Origin: Candidatus Latescibacterota bacterium
GTDB lineage: Bacteria; Latescibacterota; UBA2968
NCBI GenBank assembly: GCA_022824945.1
Contig: JAJDYX010000013.1
Coordinates: forward strand, 513 to 64,512
DNA length: 64,000 nucleotides
Reading direction: 5' to 3'
Below the pieces are notes generated by a model. That model was not told the DNA's origin and searched no databases. It worked only from the letters and a program-made list of their open reading frames with translations. The position numbers were made by a program, and so were the translations under genes. Of this stretch, positions 1-10,043 are shown piece after piece; position 1 is the first letter of the stretch, and every line of letters begins with the position of its first letter.

Positions 1-212
1 AATCTCACTTGACGCTCGGTCAATATGAGGACTGCCGAATCCCGGTGACAGCCCCAATGACGCCTCTATGGTTTGTTGATTTTATTCTTAGAAATTTCTA
101 CAACACTGCGGATGAGCGATATACTGATGGTCTCTTTGATCAGAGTGGCTCGTTTGCCGAGTCGATACATCCGGACGAACGGGGTGTGGTTCACATGGTG
201 GTCCCGGCATGA
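1..212 (+). CDS. 3' end of an unidentified gene (partial, runs off window start)
   Basis: The frame is open from nt 3 to the TGA at 210-212. The stop overlaps the hsdR ATG (ATGA at 209-212), which suggests translational coupling. The C-terminal residues show no recognisable motif. Confidence 0.4.
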   Translation, partial: SHLTLGQYEDCRIPVTAPMTPLWFVDFILRNFYNTADERYTDGLFDQSGSFAESIHPDERGVVHMVVPA

Positions 213-2746
213 ATGGCGTGAGTAGCTTGAATGAATCCACTGTCGAGAACGCTGCGCTCGCGTATCTGGAGAGTCTCGGCTGGGGCGTTGCCCATGGTCC
301 CGATATAGCACCTGATACACCGGGTGCAGAGCGGAAGGATTATAGCGATGTGGTTCTGGCGCGGCGGTTGCGCGATGCGCTTGCACGGCTCAATCCCGAT
401 CTTCCTGCGGGCGCGTTGGATGATGCTTTTCGCAAGCTGACCCGGCTCGAAGGAACATCGCTGGCGTTTCGCAATCGCGTTTTTCATCGTTTGGTGGTGG
501 ATGGCGTTACGGTTGAGTACCGGGATGCGGGTGGAGGTGTGCGCGGGGCGCAGGTGAAGGTTATTGATTTTGCCGATCCCTCCAATAATGACTGGCTCGC
601 GGTCAATCAATTTACGGTTACTGAGAATAAGAATACCCGACGTCCGGATGTTGTGCTGTTTGTGAATGGTCTGCCTCTGGGGATTATCGAGCTTAAGAAC
701 CCGGTGGATGAGGATGCGACGATATGGACGGCGTGGCAGCAGATTCAGACGTATAAGGCGGAGTTGCCGAGTCTGTTTGCGATGAATGCGGCTTTGATGG
801 TTTCGGATGGGATGGAGGCGCGGGTTGGTACGCTGACTGCGGGGCGCGAGTGGTTCAAGCCCTGGCGTACGGTTTCTGGTGAGGATGTGGCTGATTCCAA
901 TATGCCCGAGTTGCAGGTGATGCTCGAAGGCGTCTGCGATTTCGGGCGTTTTCTTTCTCTGGTGCGCGATTTTGTTGTTTTTGAGGATGATGGTAGTGGT
1001 GTGCTGGTGAAGAAGATGGCGGGTTATCACCAGTTTCACGCGGTGCGGGTGGCTGTGGGTGAGACGCGGCGGGCTGTGGAATTGCAGCAGGCGGGGCGTG
1101 GGGTTGCCGAAGGGGGTGGGCGTTATGAGTCGGGCAAGCAGCCAGGGGGTGCGCCAGGTGATCGGCGGATTGGGGTGGTGTGGCATACGCAGGGGTCGGG
1201 TAAGAGTCTGACGATGGCTTTTTATGCCGGGGCTATTGTCCGGGATCCGGTGATGGAGAATCCGACGATTGTTGTTTTGACGGATCGCAATGATCTTGAC
1301 GATCAGCTTTTTGGTACGTTTTCTCGTTGCCGGAATTTGTTGCGTCAAACGCCAACGCAGGCGAGCAACCGCGCTGATTTGCGTCGAAAATTGTCCGTGG
1401 CGTCCGGGGGTGTGGTGTTTACGACTATTCAGAAGTTTTTCCCGGAGGAGAAGGGCGATACCCATCCGATGCTTTCGGCACGGCGCAATATCGTGGTTAT
1501 TGCCGATGAGGCTCATCGCAGTCAGTACGATTTTATCGATGGGTTTGCGAGGCATATGCGCGATGCTCTGCCCAATGCTTCTTTTGTCGGTTTTACAGGG
1601 ACACCTATTGAGTTGCAGGATGCGAATACCCGCGCTGTGTTTGGCAATTATATCAGTGTTTATGATATCCAGCGTTCTGTAGAGGATGGGGCTACGGTAC
1701 CTATTTACTATGAGAGCCGTCTGGCGAGGCTGTCATTGGATGAGCAGGAGAAACCGACGGTTGATCCGGATTTTGAGGAGGCGACAGAGGGTGAGGAGGT
1801 TGAGCGGAAGGAGAAGCTCAAGACCAGGTGGGCGCAATTAGAGGCTATTGTTGGGACGGAAAAACGGTTGAGACTTCTTGCCGAGGATATGGTTGCTCAT
1901 TTTGAGGAACGTCTTGAGGTGATGGATGGCAAGGCGATGGTCGTTTGTATGAGCCGTCGGATATGTATTGATCTTTATCGGGAGCTTGTGCGTTTGCGTC
2001 CGGACTGGCATGGTGAAGATGATGACAGGGGAAATATCAAAGTTGTGATGACTGGCTCTGCGTCCGATCCGGGTGACTGGCAGCCGCATATTCGCAATAA
2101 GCCGCGGCGGGAGGTTCTGGCGCAGCGATTCCGCGATGCGTCCGATCCGCTGAATATTGTGCTTGTACGCGATATGTGGTTGACGGGGTTTGATGCGCCC
2201 AGTTTGCATACGATGTACGTCGATAAGCCGATGCGCGGGCATGGGTTGATGCAGGCTATTGCGCGTGTCAACCGGGTGTTTAAAGATAAGCCGGGCGGTC
2301 TGGTGGTGGATTATCTGGGTCTTGCCCACGAACTCAAGTACGCATTGGCGACTTATACTGAGAGTGGGGGCACGGGGGATACTGCGCTCGATCAGGAAGA
2401 GGCGGTGGTGGCGTTGCGGGAGAAGTACGAGATTTGTTGTGGTTTGTTTTACGGGTTTGACTGGTCTAAATGGACTATTGGTACGCCTCAGGAGAAGTTG
2501 GGGTTGTTGCCAGCGGCACAGGAGCATGTTCTATCGCAGAGGGATGGGCTGTGGTTTAACACGTCACCCCGAGTTCGTCGCCGCCGAAGATGGCGAGGCG
2601 TTCTTTTGCGGTCATTTCCTCAGTGTTTTTGGGGCGGTAGTGGTATTGCAGTGCTCTGCGGCGATGGGCGGATCGGTTGGTTGGGCTGCCGTGATGGGTC
2701 ATGCCGTGCCAGAAGAGGCATCCGCCGGGGTCGAGGGGGACGGTGA
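209..2746 (+). CDS. hsdR: Type I restriction enzyme R subunit (HsdR), C-terminally truncated and probably degenerate
   Basis: The N-terminus is [28 protein letters not shown]...RLNPDLP and the nuclease region is [15 protein letters not shown]. Helicase motifs are present: [46 protein letters not shown] and QAIARVNR. Family-like sequence stops near nt 2548. The last 65 codons are an Arg/Gly-rich read-through antisense to the PhyH gene. Confidence 0.85.
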   Translation: MNGVSSLNESTVENAALAYLESLGWGVAHGPDIAPDTPGAERKDYSDVVLARRLRDALARLNPDLPAGALDDAFRKLTRLEGTSLAFRNRVFHRLVVDGVTVEYRDAGGGVRGAQVKVIDFADPSNNDWLAVNQFTVTENKNTRRPDVVLFVNGLPLGIIELKNPVDEDATIWTAWQQIQTYKAELPSLFAMNAALMVSDGMEARVGTLTAGREWFKPWRTVSGEDVADSNMPELQVMLEGVCDFGRFLSLVRDFVVFEDDGSGVLVKKMAGYHQFHAVRVAVGETRRAVELQQAGRGVAEGGGRYESGKQPGGAPGDRRIGVVWHTQGSGKSLTMAFYAGAIVRDPVMENPTIVVLTDRNDLDDQLFGTFSRCRNLLRQTPTQASNRADLRRKLSVASGGVVFTTIQKFFPEEKGDTHPMLSARRNIVVIADEAHRSQYDFIDGFARHMRDALPNASFVGFTGTPIELQDANTRAVFGNYISVYDIQRSVEDGATVPIYYESRLARLSLDEQEKPTVDPDFEEATEGEEVERKEKLKTRWAQLEAIVGTEKRLRLLAEDMVAHFEERLEVMDGKAMVVCMSRRICIDLYRELVRLRPDWHGEDDDRGNIKVVMTGSASDPGDWQPHIRNKPRREVLAQRFRDASDPLNIVLVRDMWLTGFDAPSLHTMYVDKPMRGHGLMQAIARVNRVFKDKPGGLVVDYLGLAHELKYALATYTESGGTGDTALDQEEAVVALREKYEICCGLFYGFDWSKWTIGTPQEKLGLLPAAQEHVLSQRDGLWFNTSPRVRRRRRWRGVLLRSFPQCFWGGSGIAVLCGDGRIGWLGCRDGSCRARRGIRRGRGGR

Positions 2747-3398
2747 CGTTTCTGGGTACGGCGACGTCTGTGTCGCATATTTGCCAGTCGCGTCGCCTGA
2801 AATGCGGGATGGGTCCTTCGCGGTGTGACCCGGGGATGATGTGCAAGCATCCGTTTTCTTCTGTTGCGGCATCAATGGCGATCCATACGCCGACGACGGT
2901 GGTGCCGACGGGGTAGTTGAAGTACGCGCAGTCCTGATGCCAGGGTTTTTCGCGGCCGATGTGCGGGGGTTTGATCAGTCCCATGTCCTGAAAGAGTACG
3001 GGTGTGTCGTCCATCATGCGGGAGAGGACGGAGAGGATGGTCGGGTCGTGGGCGAGGTCGTTGAGCCGCGCGTCATGATCGACGAATTTCCAGATTTTAC
3101 GCACGCTGTCGCGTTTGGCTTCGCCTGTGAGTTTGGAAAAGTGCCCGCGTTTGGCGGCTTCGGCCATTACGCCTTTGAAGTCCTGGCTTTTGCCGTCGAT
3201 GAGATCCCACATGGCCTGGCCCGCGGATTCGATTTGTTGCGGTGTAAATGCCCGCCGTATGGCGAGGTAGCCCTGTTCGTGGAATCGGGCGATTTGACGG
3301 TCGTCGATGTCGGCGAGGGTGTCGAGATAGTCGGCGCGTCTGGTTGTTTCGTAGAGGGATGGTTCATGCATCGCGATAGGTGTTTCGGCGGTTGCCAT
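2556..3398 (-). CDS. Phytanoyl-CoA dioxygenase (PhyH) family Fe(II)/2-oxoglutarate oxygenase
   Basis: The 280-aa product has PhyH-like motifs: [31 protein letters not shown] and [14 protein letters not shown]. Confidence 0.8.
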   Translation of the reverse strand: MATAETPIAMHEPSLYETTRRADYLDTLADIDDRQIARFHEQGYLAIRRAFTPQQIESAGQAMWDLIDGKSQDFKGVMAEAAKRGHFSKLTGEAKRDSVRKIWKFVDHDARLNDLAHDPTILSVLSRMMDDTPVLFQDMGLIKPPHIGREKPWHQDCAYFNYPVGTTVVGVWIAIDAATEENGCLHIIPGSHREGPIPHFRRRDWQICDTDVAVPRNVTVPLDPGGCLFWHGMTHHGSPTNRSAHRRRALQYHYRPKNTEEMTAKERLAIFGGDELGVTC

Positions 3399-3429
3399 GA
3401 TAGGCTCCTTGAGGGGCTGGGGGCTGGTC

Positions 3430-3484
3430 GGGCGACCACAGGCCTGCCCCTGTATGATTTAAGCAGGGGGGGTCGTCCCTACTT
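3430..3484. repeat. REP-like palindromic units (GGGCGACC...GCCCC / GGGGGGTCGTCCCTAC), inverted copies of the GTAGGGGCGA...TCGCCC family
   Basis: The reverse complement reads GGGGCAGGCCTGTGGTCGCCC and GTAGGGACGACCCCCC. This is the same family as 38358-38428. It lies in the divergent intergenic region. Confidence 0.6.
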
Positions 3485-3509
3485 ACAATCATAGGAACAC
3501 CACCCTGAC

Positions 3510-3546
3510 CATCTGTGTTCATCTGTGTTCATCTGTGGTTGCTTTT
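3510..3546 (+). repeat. Tandem decamer CATCTGTGTT x3 followed by GGTTGCTTTT
   Basis: The three units sit at 3510-3519, 3520-3529 and 3530-3539 (the last is CATCTGTGGT). The 16-mer ATCTGTGGTTGCTTTT (3531-3546) recurs exactly at 39975-39990. Confidence 0.8.
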
Positions 3547-3605
3547 TATTGCCTATTGCATTTTACAAATCTTTCTATCATGTGTCAATACTATCGGAGT
3601 GCATT

Positions 3606-5666
3606 ATGTCCAGAACTCAACCCCTTCCTCTTCCCCCGAACTTTAATCCCGATACTTTTATGCTGTCTCGACAAGAGGAGGGCAAGACGTATCACGCGCC
3701 GCGTCAGGCGGCTGAATTTGCCAACGATCTTCTGGCGAATGGTGCGCGTGAGGATATCGATCTGGCTGAGAAGGTTCTCGATGCGATGCTGACATGTCAG
3801 GAGACCCGCGAGGGCGATCCCCATTTGGGAAATTTTCTCTGGGAGCGCGAGGACGAGGTGGTGGAAGATCTCAATGCGGTGCAGTTTTGTCTTTTTCAGC
3901 TTATTCCACTGATGATTAACTATGGGGATGTGCTTTCTGATGATTTGCAAGACCGCGTCCGTCAGAGTATTCGCCTGGGGCTGGAGGAGGTTCGGCGGAT
4001 TGATGTTCATTTTCGCTATACGAATATTGTGGTTAAGGATATTACCAATACGTGTTTGGGAGGGGAATTGCTCGGGGATGAGGGTTTTGTGAACCGGGGT
4101 TATCAGAAGTTTCAGGCGTGGATGGATTTTACGACTCGAAATGGCTGTGCGTACGAGTTTAATAGTCCGAATTACGCGAATGTGGCGATGCGCGTTTTGC
4201 ACAGGCTGGGCGAACTCGTGCAGCACAAGCCCACGCGCATTGGTGCCAGGGCGATGTGCGCGCGTATTGGCCTTTCCGCTGCGCTGCATATTCATCCGCC
4301 TACGGGTCGCTGGGCAGGGCCTTTTAGCCGGGCGTACCGGCACGCGCTTTTTTGCCAGATGCCGCCGGAGATAGATGGTTTTCGCGAATATATTGAGACG
4401 GGTATTTTGCCAGCTTGGCTGTCCGATGCACTTGATTACCGGCCGGAGACGTTTTTTCTTTCGGAGACTGCCGATTCGGAAAATGGCGTGGGGATCTCTA
4501 CGTATCACAGTCCTTCGTTTGCGCTGGGGGTTTCTTCTCAGGAACTGCGCAGTCAGACGAATCGCTTTATTACGGGGCAGTCGAGTGTTTTTATCGCGCA
4601 TCACAAGACCGATACGGATCAGACGGGTATTATTTATTCCCGGTATGTGCTGGATGATCACTGGCTGGGGTCGTTTCGGTCAACGCCCGCGCGGTCCAAT
4701 GATCAGATTCTTTTTGAAGAGGGTCAGTGTCACAATGTTCAGGATGGTTCCCGGGCGATTGTTCTCTATTCACCGAAAGATCTGGGCGCGATGGCGCCGC
4801 GGAGCAGTGCCAAAGCCGTTGTGTGCTGGCACGATCGCGGGCTGGTGGATGAGATTTGGGTTGGTGATGAGAAGGTGGAGAACTTGCCGTTCGATGTTCC
4901 GGAAGGTGCTACGATTGGCGTTGCAATCGGTCCCGTTCTTTCCGCGATTCGTCCGCTTGCGCGTACGGATCTGGGGCGCAATGCGCCTCTGCGTCTGGTG
5001 GAGTACGATACGCATCTTTTTTTAGAGCTTTACAATTATCTCGGTCCGTCCAAGACGTTCTGGGAGCAGGGGCATCCCGGGTCTTTTTATCAGGGCAAAC
5101 CCCGGTGCGGTTTTTATGCGGAGATGGCTGAGCGTTCGGATTATGCCGATGTGCAATCTTTTGTTCGGATGGTTGCTGGCGGTGCTCTGAGAGATGATGC
5201 TGCGCCGTCTGTGACTTATGACGCGGGGAGGACGCGACCGTGGTCTGTGGAATATACCCGGGATGGGGAGACGCTGGGTATTGAGATCGATTTGCTGAAG
5301 TGGGATCTCCGGAGACGCTGGACGCATGAAGGTGTCCTCGGCTGGCCACCGCTCGAGTCGCCTGTTGCCCGTCAGAGTTGTATGGGCGAGATTTCGGTTG
5401 GAGACGTCAGGTTGATTTGCGGAAGCCAGCCCGCATGGCTTTTTGCATGTTCCCGGACTGACCGCTATGTGGCGGCTTTTTACGGGACGGAGCCAGAATC
5501 TCTGATGCTGACGGTGCCGGGAGGTGAGGTGCATGTTGAGGCGATGGGGACGGGTACTGTGATTTGGGATAAGGGCGATGTCGCGATTGAGGCTGTTCAA
5601 TGTGAGGGCGTCAAGATCACGGGTGGGCGTATGGTTTCTTGTGTTACGGCGGAGGAGGGCGCGTGA
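3606..5666 (+). CDS. Hypothetical 686-aa protein, no signal peptide, function unknown
   Basis: It is a long ORF whose stop overlaps the pcp start. I place the start at ATG 3606 (MSRTQPLPLPP) because the ORF-track start at 3525 lies inside the tandem decamer repeat. I recognise no diagnostic catalytic motif. Confidence 0.7.
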   Translation: MSRTQPLPLPPNFNPDTFMLSRQEEGKTYHAPRQAAEFANDLLANGAREDIDLAEKVLDAMLTCQETREGDPHLGNFLWEREDEVVEDLNAVQFCLFQLIPLMINYGDVLSDDLQDRVRQSIRLGLEEVRRIDVHFRYTNIVVKDITNTCLGGELLGDEGFVNRGYQKFQAWMDFTTRNGCAYEFNSPNYANVAMRVLHRLGELVQHKPTRIGARAMCARIGLSAALHIHPPTGRWAGPFSRAYRHALFCQMPPEIDGFREYIETGILPAWLSDALDYRPETFFLSETADSENGVGISTYHSPSFALGVSSQELRSQTNRFITGQSSVFIAHHKTDTDQTGIIYSRYVLDDHWLGSFRSTPARSNDQILFEEGQCHNVQDGSRAIVLYSPKDLGAMAPRSSAKAVVCWHDRGLVDEIWVGDEKVENLPFDVPEGATIGVAIGPVLSAIRPLARTDLGRNAPLRLVEYDTHLFLELYNYLGPSKTFWEQGHPGSFYQGKPRCGFYAEMAERSDYADVQSFVRMVAGGALRDDAAPSVTYDAGRTRPWSVEYTRDGETLGIEIDLLKWDLRRRWTHEGVLGWPPLESPVARQSCMGEISVGDVRLICGSQPAWLFACSRTDRYVAAFYGTEPESLMLTVPGGEVHVEAMGTGTVIWDKGDVAIEAVQCEGVKITGGRMVSCVTAEEGA

Positions 5667-6262
5667 AAATTTTACTGACGGGTTTTGAACCCTGGGCTGA
5701 GTGGTCGTCCAATCCATCGGGTGCTGTGGCTGAGTCTCTGAATGGGGCTTCGATTGCGGGATGCGAGGTTGTTTCGGCTGTGTTGCCGGTTGTTCACGGG
5801 GCGGATATTGATCGGGTTGCTCCGCTGATCTCAGAGCACGAGCCAGTGGCGGTGGTGTGTTTGGGGCTGCACGGTTCTGCGTCTGCGCTGCATGTCGAGC
5901 GCGTTGGGATTAATTTGAAGGTGATAGATGGGGTCGATTATCCCATTGTTGAAGGGGGTCCGGATGCCTATTTTTCCACGTTGCCGACCCGGGCTATGGT
6001 TGAGCGGATGGCGGATGCAGAGGTGCTGGCGCGGTTGACGTATTCGGCGGGTACGTTTTTGTGCAATCACATTATGTATTCTGTGTTGCATCTGGTCGCT
6101 GAGGATGATCTGCCTGCGGGTTTTATTCATTTGCCGCCTACGCCGGAGCTTGTTGCTGAACTGGGGAGGTCGCAGCCGAGTATGGCGTTGGAGGCGATTC
6201 GCACAGGTGTGGTTGCAGGGGTTACGGCTGTGGTGGAAAATATAAAGGTCAGGAGGGTGTGA
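5663..6262 (+). CDS. pcp: Pyrrolidone-carboxylate (pyroglutamyl) peptidase I, peptidase C15
   Basis: The product shows VKILLTGFEPW...NPSG, VVCLGLHG, ERVGINL and the catalytic region AGTFLCNHIMY. The GTG start overlaps the upstream stop (GTGA). Confidence 0.85.
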   Translation: MKILLTGFEPWAEWSSNPSGAVAESLNGASIAGCEVVSAVLPVVHGADIDRVAPLISEHEPVAVVCLGLHGSASALHVERVGINLKVIDGVDYPIVEGGPDAYFSTLPTRAMVERMADAEVLARLTYSAGTFLCNHIMYSVLHLVAEDDLPAGFIHLPPTPELVAELGRSQPSMALEAIRTGVVAGVTAVVENIKVRRV

Positions 6263-7344
6263 TGTCGAAGATCAAAATGGGGATTATTGGTTGCGGGGCG
6301 ATTGCCCAAGTGCAGCATATGCCGAATTTGGGGATTTTGCACGCGCTTTATGAGGTGACGTGGGTGTGCGATATTTCGCCGGGGTTGGCGCGATGGCTGG
6401 CAGAGGTTTTTGGCGTGCCGAATTTTACGACGGATCCGCATGAGTTGCTCAATGCGCGGGATGTGGATGCGGTGATTTTGTGCCATGCGGATCCGAAGAC
6501 GGAACTGGCGGTGGCGGCTTTTGAGGCGGGTAAGCATGTGTTTATTGAAAAGCCGATGTGTTATTCGCTCGAGGAAGTCGATGCGATATGTGCTGCGAAG
6601 GAGCGAGCGGGGACGGTGGGACAGGTGGGCTATATGAAGGTTTATGATCCGGCGTATGAGTTGGCTCGGGAGGAGGTGGGGGATGCGGGCGATGTGCGTT
6701 TTGTGCAGGTGAATCATTTGCATCCGAATAATAATTTGCATTTGAAGCAGTTTGAGTTGACCTATTTTGACGATTTGCCGCCCGAAGCTGCAGTTGAGAG
6801 AAACAAAGCGCGGCAGGCGGCTTTGAAACAGGCGGTGGGCGATGTGTCGGATGATGTTGCGCGGGCGTTTTTTACGCTGTCGGGGAGTATGATTCACGAT
6901 TTGTACGGTTTGCGTCTGATGCTGGGCAATCCGACGCGGGTGGTGAGTACCGAGGTGTGGCAAGGCGGACGGGCGATGACGACGATTTTGCAATATGCAT
7001 CGGGGGCGCGGTGTGTGGCGACGTGGATCGATTTGCCCGATTTGTGGCATTTTAAGGAGACGCTCGAGGTCCACAAGGACGATAAGCGCGTTATTCTGTC
7101 GTATCCCACAGGGTTTGCGCGGGGGATTCTGTCAACGCTCGATGTGCTGGAGATCCACGCCAATGGGTCTCACGGTACGCGCAGTCCCGAGATTGATTGG
7201 GAGAGTCCGTTTGTGCGGGAACTTCGGCATTTTTACGCATGTATTACAGATGGCGAGCCGTGCCGCACACCCGTGGAAGATGCGCGGTATGATATTGGGT
7301 TGATTATCGATATTACAAGGGGATATGTGGATGGGGGTAGATAA
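6262..7344 (+). CDS. Gfo/Idh/MocA family NAD(P)-dependent oxidoreductase
   Basis: The N-terminal Rossmann motif is KMGIIGCGAIAQVQHMPNL, followed by EKPM. AGGAGG at 6251-6256 favours ATG 6262 as the start. The start overlaps the pcp stop. Confidence 0.85.
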   Translation: MSKIKMGIIGCGAIAQVQHMPNLGILHALYEVTWVCDISPGLARWLAEVFGVPNFTTDPHELLNARDVDAVILCHADPKTELAVAAFEAGKHVFIEKPMCYSLEEVDAICAAKERAGTVGQVGYMKVYDPAYELAREEVGDAGDVRFVQVNHLHPNNNLHLKQFELTYFDDLPPEAAVERNKARQAALKQAVGDVSDDVARAFFTLSGSMIHDLYGLRLMLGNPTRVVSTEVWQGGRAMTTILQYASGARCVATWIDLPDLWHFKETLEVHKDDKRVILSYPTGFARGILSTLDVLEIHANGSHGTRSPEIDWESPFVRELRHFYACITDGEPCRTPVEDARYDIGLIIDITRGYVDGGR

Positions 7345-7370
7345 GTAAAACACGCCTTCAAGTACAGAAA

Positions 7371-7404
7371 AAAGCCCGTCAATATTCATTGATTGACGGG
7401 CTTT
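7371..7404. terminator. Bidirectional rho-independent terminator between convergent genes
   Basis: A perfect 13-bp stem, AAAGCCCGTCAAT / ATTGACGGGCTTT, encloses an 8-nt loop and is flanked by an A-run and a T-run. Confidence 0.75.
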
Positions 7405-7425
7405 GTGATGTTGACCGCGCGATAG

Positions 7426-10014
7426 CTATCCAGTGACCGGTTTGCCAAAGGAATCCACGAAGATGAGGAAGTCGGAAGTGCCAATGATTCCATCGTTGTC
7501 GAGGTCAAATTTTGGATCGAAGTTCTCCTGTCCGGTCTGGGTTCCAAATACTTCAAAAAATAGCAAAAAGTCTGCGGTCCCGACCTGTCCATCGCCATCA
7601 AAGTCGGCAGAGATAAGGGGGGTATCCTGTACCTCAAAGCGGATGATTTCAGTAAAGTCCGTTCGAAGTATGTTCTGTGCTTTATCCGATACTGTCATTT
7701 CAGCAAGTCCCCATGTTCCGGGGATACTGCCAACGGGTAAGATGATCGTTTTATGGTAGGTTTCATAGACAGCCGGATCGCGTGTAAAATAGATTTTGTG
7801 AAAATCCGGATCGTAATGTCTAAAGAAGTGCATCACACCATTCGGGTCGCGTAAATACATGTTTGTCAAACTATATCCACTGATGTTGTCTTTAACTCTA
7901 AAGCTAATATCGACCTGTGTTTCGCCGTTTGGTACTTCTGGATTTGTTGGTTCTGCCTGAATGGTGATCTGATTTAAATCGAGCACAGGCGGGATGACAT
8001 CCGGATTTGTCGTTTGAACGTCAATGGTGGCAGGTGCTTCATCTATTATGATATCTTCGTCCCTTAATCCATGTCCCGGATCGGTAAAGTACACGCCTTG
8101 TGCGTTTAATGCCATATCATACATATTGATGAAATTGAGTTTGTACGTGCCGCCTGGGAAGTAATCCGGAATTTTAAGTTGAACACTCGTTTCGCCAGTT
8201 TGTGGATCGTAATTTCCATATTCCTCCGAACGACGAGAGTATGTTTCAGTATTTGTATCGTTCAGTTGTGCATAGACTCCCTGTTCCCGTATTCCGTTTT
8301 CTTCAAAAAGCCTCCAACGTGCGGTGAGAATTTGTAAGGGCTTGCCTTCTGCCGTGCTTTGTGACAATGAGATTCGCATAGAATTTTTGATGTAGGCCGG
8401 GGGTTGATAATCGGCAAGTGGATTGTTGAGATAGAGTTTCCATCCGAAATCGACCTGAGATTCGTGACGTTCGTTGCCCTGGGCATCCCTGAGGGTAATT
8501 TGATCTGGACCCCAATAACCGTATGCTGCGTACTTTGATAATGTTTTACTGCCCCGCAAAATGTGGCCTGCATTGATGCGCCTGCCATCGGATCTTACAG
8601 GATGAAGCCAGACGTCAAAGAAGGTCCCTTTTGGGCTATGAATCCTGAGATGTGTTGCTTGCGCATTGTCAAAGCCATTCTCTTCCCGGTGAATTTCAAG
8701 CTCTATTGTTATTTCCTTGTCCTCTTCCGGTTCGCCATGTACGCGTATGTCAACCCGTATGATCCTCCCCGGATATACCACATCGGGATACAGATTATAG
8801 ACCTGAAATGTCAGGTCTTCGCGTATCCGAGATATGTAGCGCGTGCCGTGCATGACCCGGTCTCGAATAAATTCGTATTTGGCAGGGGAACGCGAGCGCA
8901 ATTTGTCGGGGTTCACGATGTAATAACTGATCGTTTCTGCCATGTCCTCATTTGGATTTACACCGTGTGCATAAGCAGATACGAACTCGGTTTGTTTGGT
9001 CGTTGACCAGCCATCTCCATCGTCCGGGTTTACATACCAGCCACCGAGTTTAATCCAGTCCTGTTTGAGTTGGTCGTCAAAGAGGTGTTCCCATAAGAAG
9101 TGTGCTTTTTCATGGAGAATCAGGCGGTGGATGTAGTCGAGTCCTTGTTCCTTAAAAGCAGATTCCATGAACTCAATATAGCCCTCGGTTACCCAGGCTA
9201 TAGCAGGAGCCTGCGGATTAATCGGATGCGGTGTTCCATCTAATCGCCGCACCAGATATTGCAAGCCTGGCGTGCTGAGCATGCCCTGTGGGTATTCTTC
9301 AAACATACTTACAAGGGCTATCAATTCTTCGTTTTTGAACTCTCCGAACCGACCTGAATGTTCCTTTGTTGTTCTTTGGGTAAGTACGGTATAGTCCGGC
9401 ACATCTATACTTACGCCATAGCGTTTCTCTAAAATTTTCTTCAGCGCACGTCTATCCCTGCCGTCGTCGGTTACATAGCGGACGATGGCTCGGTGTAGTC
9501 TTTTAGAGAAGAAACGGCCTCTCACACCCTCTATCTCAGCTAGCAATGGTTCAGCATAAGTAAAAGCCTCCCGGGACAGGGTGACGATTTTTTGTCCATC
9601 CTGGATGTGAATCTCTATGTCATTTTCAATATGCTGGTCCGTCAATTGCCATAACGAGGATGATACTTTGGGTATCTCTTCGTACAGGTTGTTACTCAAT
9701 TGTGGGATGGATTCAAAGGTTTGGAGCAGTCGGTAGGCTTGATCTGAGTTCCATTCGGTGCTGAGTAATACGGAATATTGTTGCATGAGACGCAGTGATG
9801 CGCTGTGCGGCACAACCTGTATCGGCTCATTTAAGAACATGACCTGCACGGGTTGAACGAGAGTTGCCGATTCTGTCCCTTCGTAGGTTGTATCGGTTTT
9901 CCATTGATAGGTGTATTGTGCAAGAGCGTGTCCGCTGAAGATGAGTGTCAGCAGAAGGACTATGCTACCCAGGTAGGCAAAGTTAGAGGTGCGATGATTT
10001 GTTTTTGCTGCCAT
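7426..10014 (-). CDS. Secreted putative zinc metallopeptidase (HExxH) with C-terminal dockerin-type repeats
   Basis: The N-terminus carries a signal/anchor (LGSIVLLLTLIFSGHALA). It has LILHEKAHFLWEH plus a downstream NPNEDMAETISYY as a candidate third Zn ligand. The C-terminus has two Ca-binding dockerin-like repeats, DFDGDGQVGTADFLLF and DLDNDGIIGTSDFLIF. Confidence 0.7.
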   Translation of the reverse strand: MAAKTNHRTSNFAYLGSIVLLLTLIFSGHALAQYTYQWKTDTTYEGTESATLVQPVQVMFLNEPIQVVPHSASLRLMQQYSVLLSTEWNSDQAYRLLQTFESIPQLSNNLYEEIPKVSSSLWQLTDQHIENDIEIHIQDGQKIVTLSREAFTYAEPLLAEIEGVRGRFFSKRLHRAIVRYVTDDGRDRRALKKILEKRYGVSIDVPDYTVLTQRTTKEHSGRFGEFKNEELIALVSMFEEYPQGMLSTPGLQYLVRRLDGTPHPINPQAPAIAWVTEGYIEFMESAFKEQGLDYIHRLILHEKAHFLWEHLFDDQLKQDWIKLGGWYVNPDDGDGWSTTKQTEFVSAYAHGVNPNEDMAETISYYIVNPDKLRSRSPAKYEFIRDRVMHGTRYISRIREDLTFQVYNLYPDVVYPGRIIRVDIRVHGEPEEDKEITIELEIHREENGFDNAQATHLRIHSPKGTFFDVWLHPVRSDGRRINAGHILRGSKTLSKYAAYGYWGPDQITLRDAQGNERHESQVDFGWKLYLNNPLADYQPPAYIKNSMRISLSQSTAEGKPLQILTARWRLFEENGIREQGVYAQLNDTNTETYSRRSEEYGNYDPQTGETSVQLKIPDYFPGGTYKLNFINMYDMALNAQGVYFTDPGHGLRDEDIIIDEAPATIDVQTTNPDVIPPVLDLNQITIQAEPTNPEVPNGETQVDISFRVKDNISGYSLTNMYLRDPNGVMHFFRHYDPDFHKIYFTRDPAVYETYHKTIILPVGSIPGTWGLAEMTVSDKAQNILRTDFTEIIRFEVQDTPLISADFDGDGQVGTADFLLFFEVFGTQTGQENFDPKFDLDNDGIIGTSDFLIFVDSFGKPVTG

Positions 10015-10043
10015 TGTGTTGCCCCTTTCAGGAGTCCTCGTCT

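Noticed and set aside
191-1555. Long antisense ORFs listed in the track, for example 191-1555(-), 3591-4661(-), 6127-7074(-), 34865-36091(-), 37306-37932(-) and 45284-46096(-).
   Set aside because: Each lies opposite a gene with clear family motifs. Their translations are Arg/Pro/His-rich low-complexity sequence with no start context. They are typical shadow ORFs of GC-rich coding DNA.
2549-2746. The C-terminal 65 residues of the hsdR ORF as a possible novel domain.
   Set aside because: The sequence is Arg/Gly-rich. It is exactly antisense to the well-supported PhyH gene and starts where HsdR-like sequence ends. I treat it as read-through after a truncation.
3510-3546. Tandem short repeats (here, and at 16483-16514 and 10044-10077) as possible CRISPR arrays.
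   Set aside because: The units are 7-14 bp and directly abutting, with no spacers. There are at most about 4.6 copies, and no cas genes are present.
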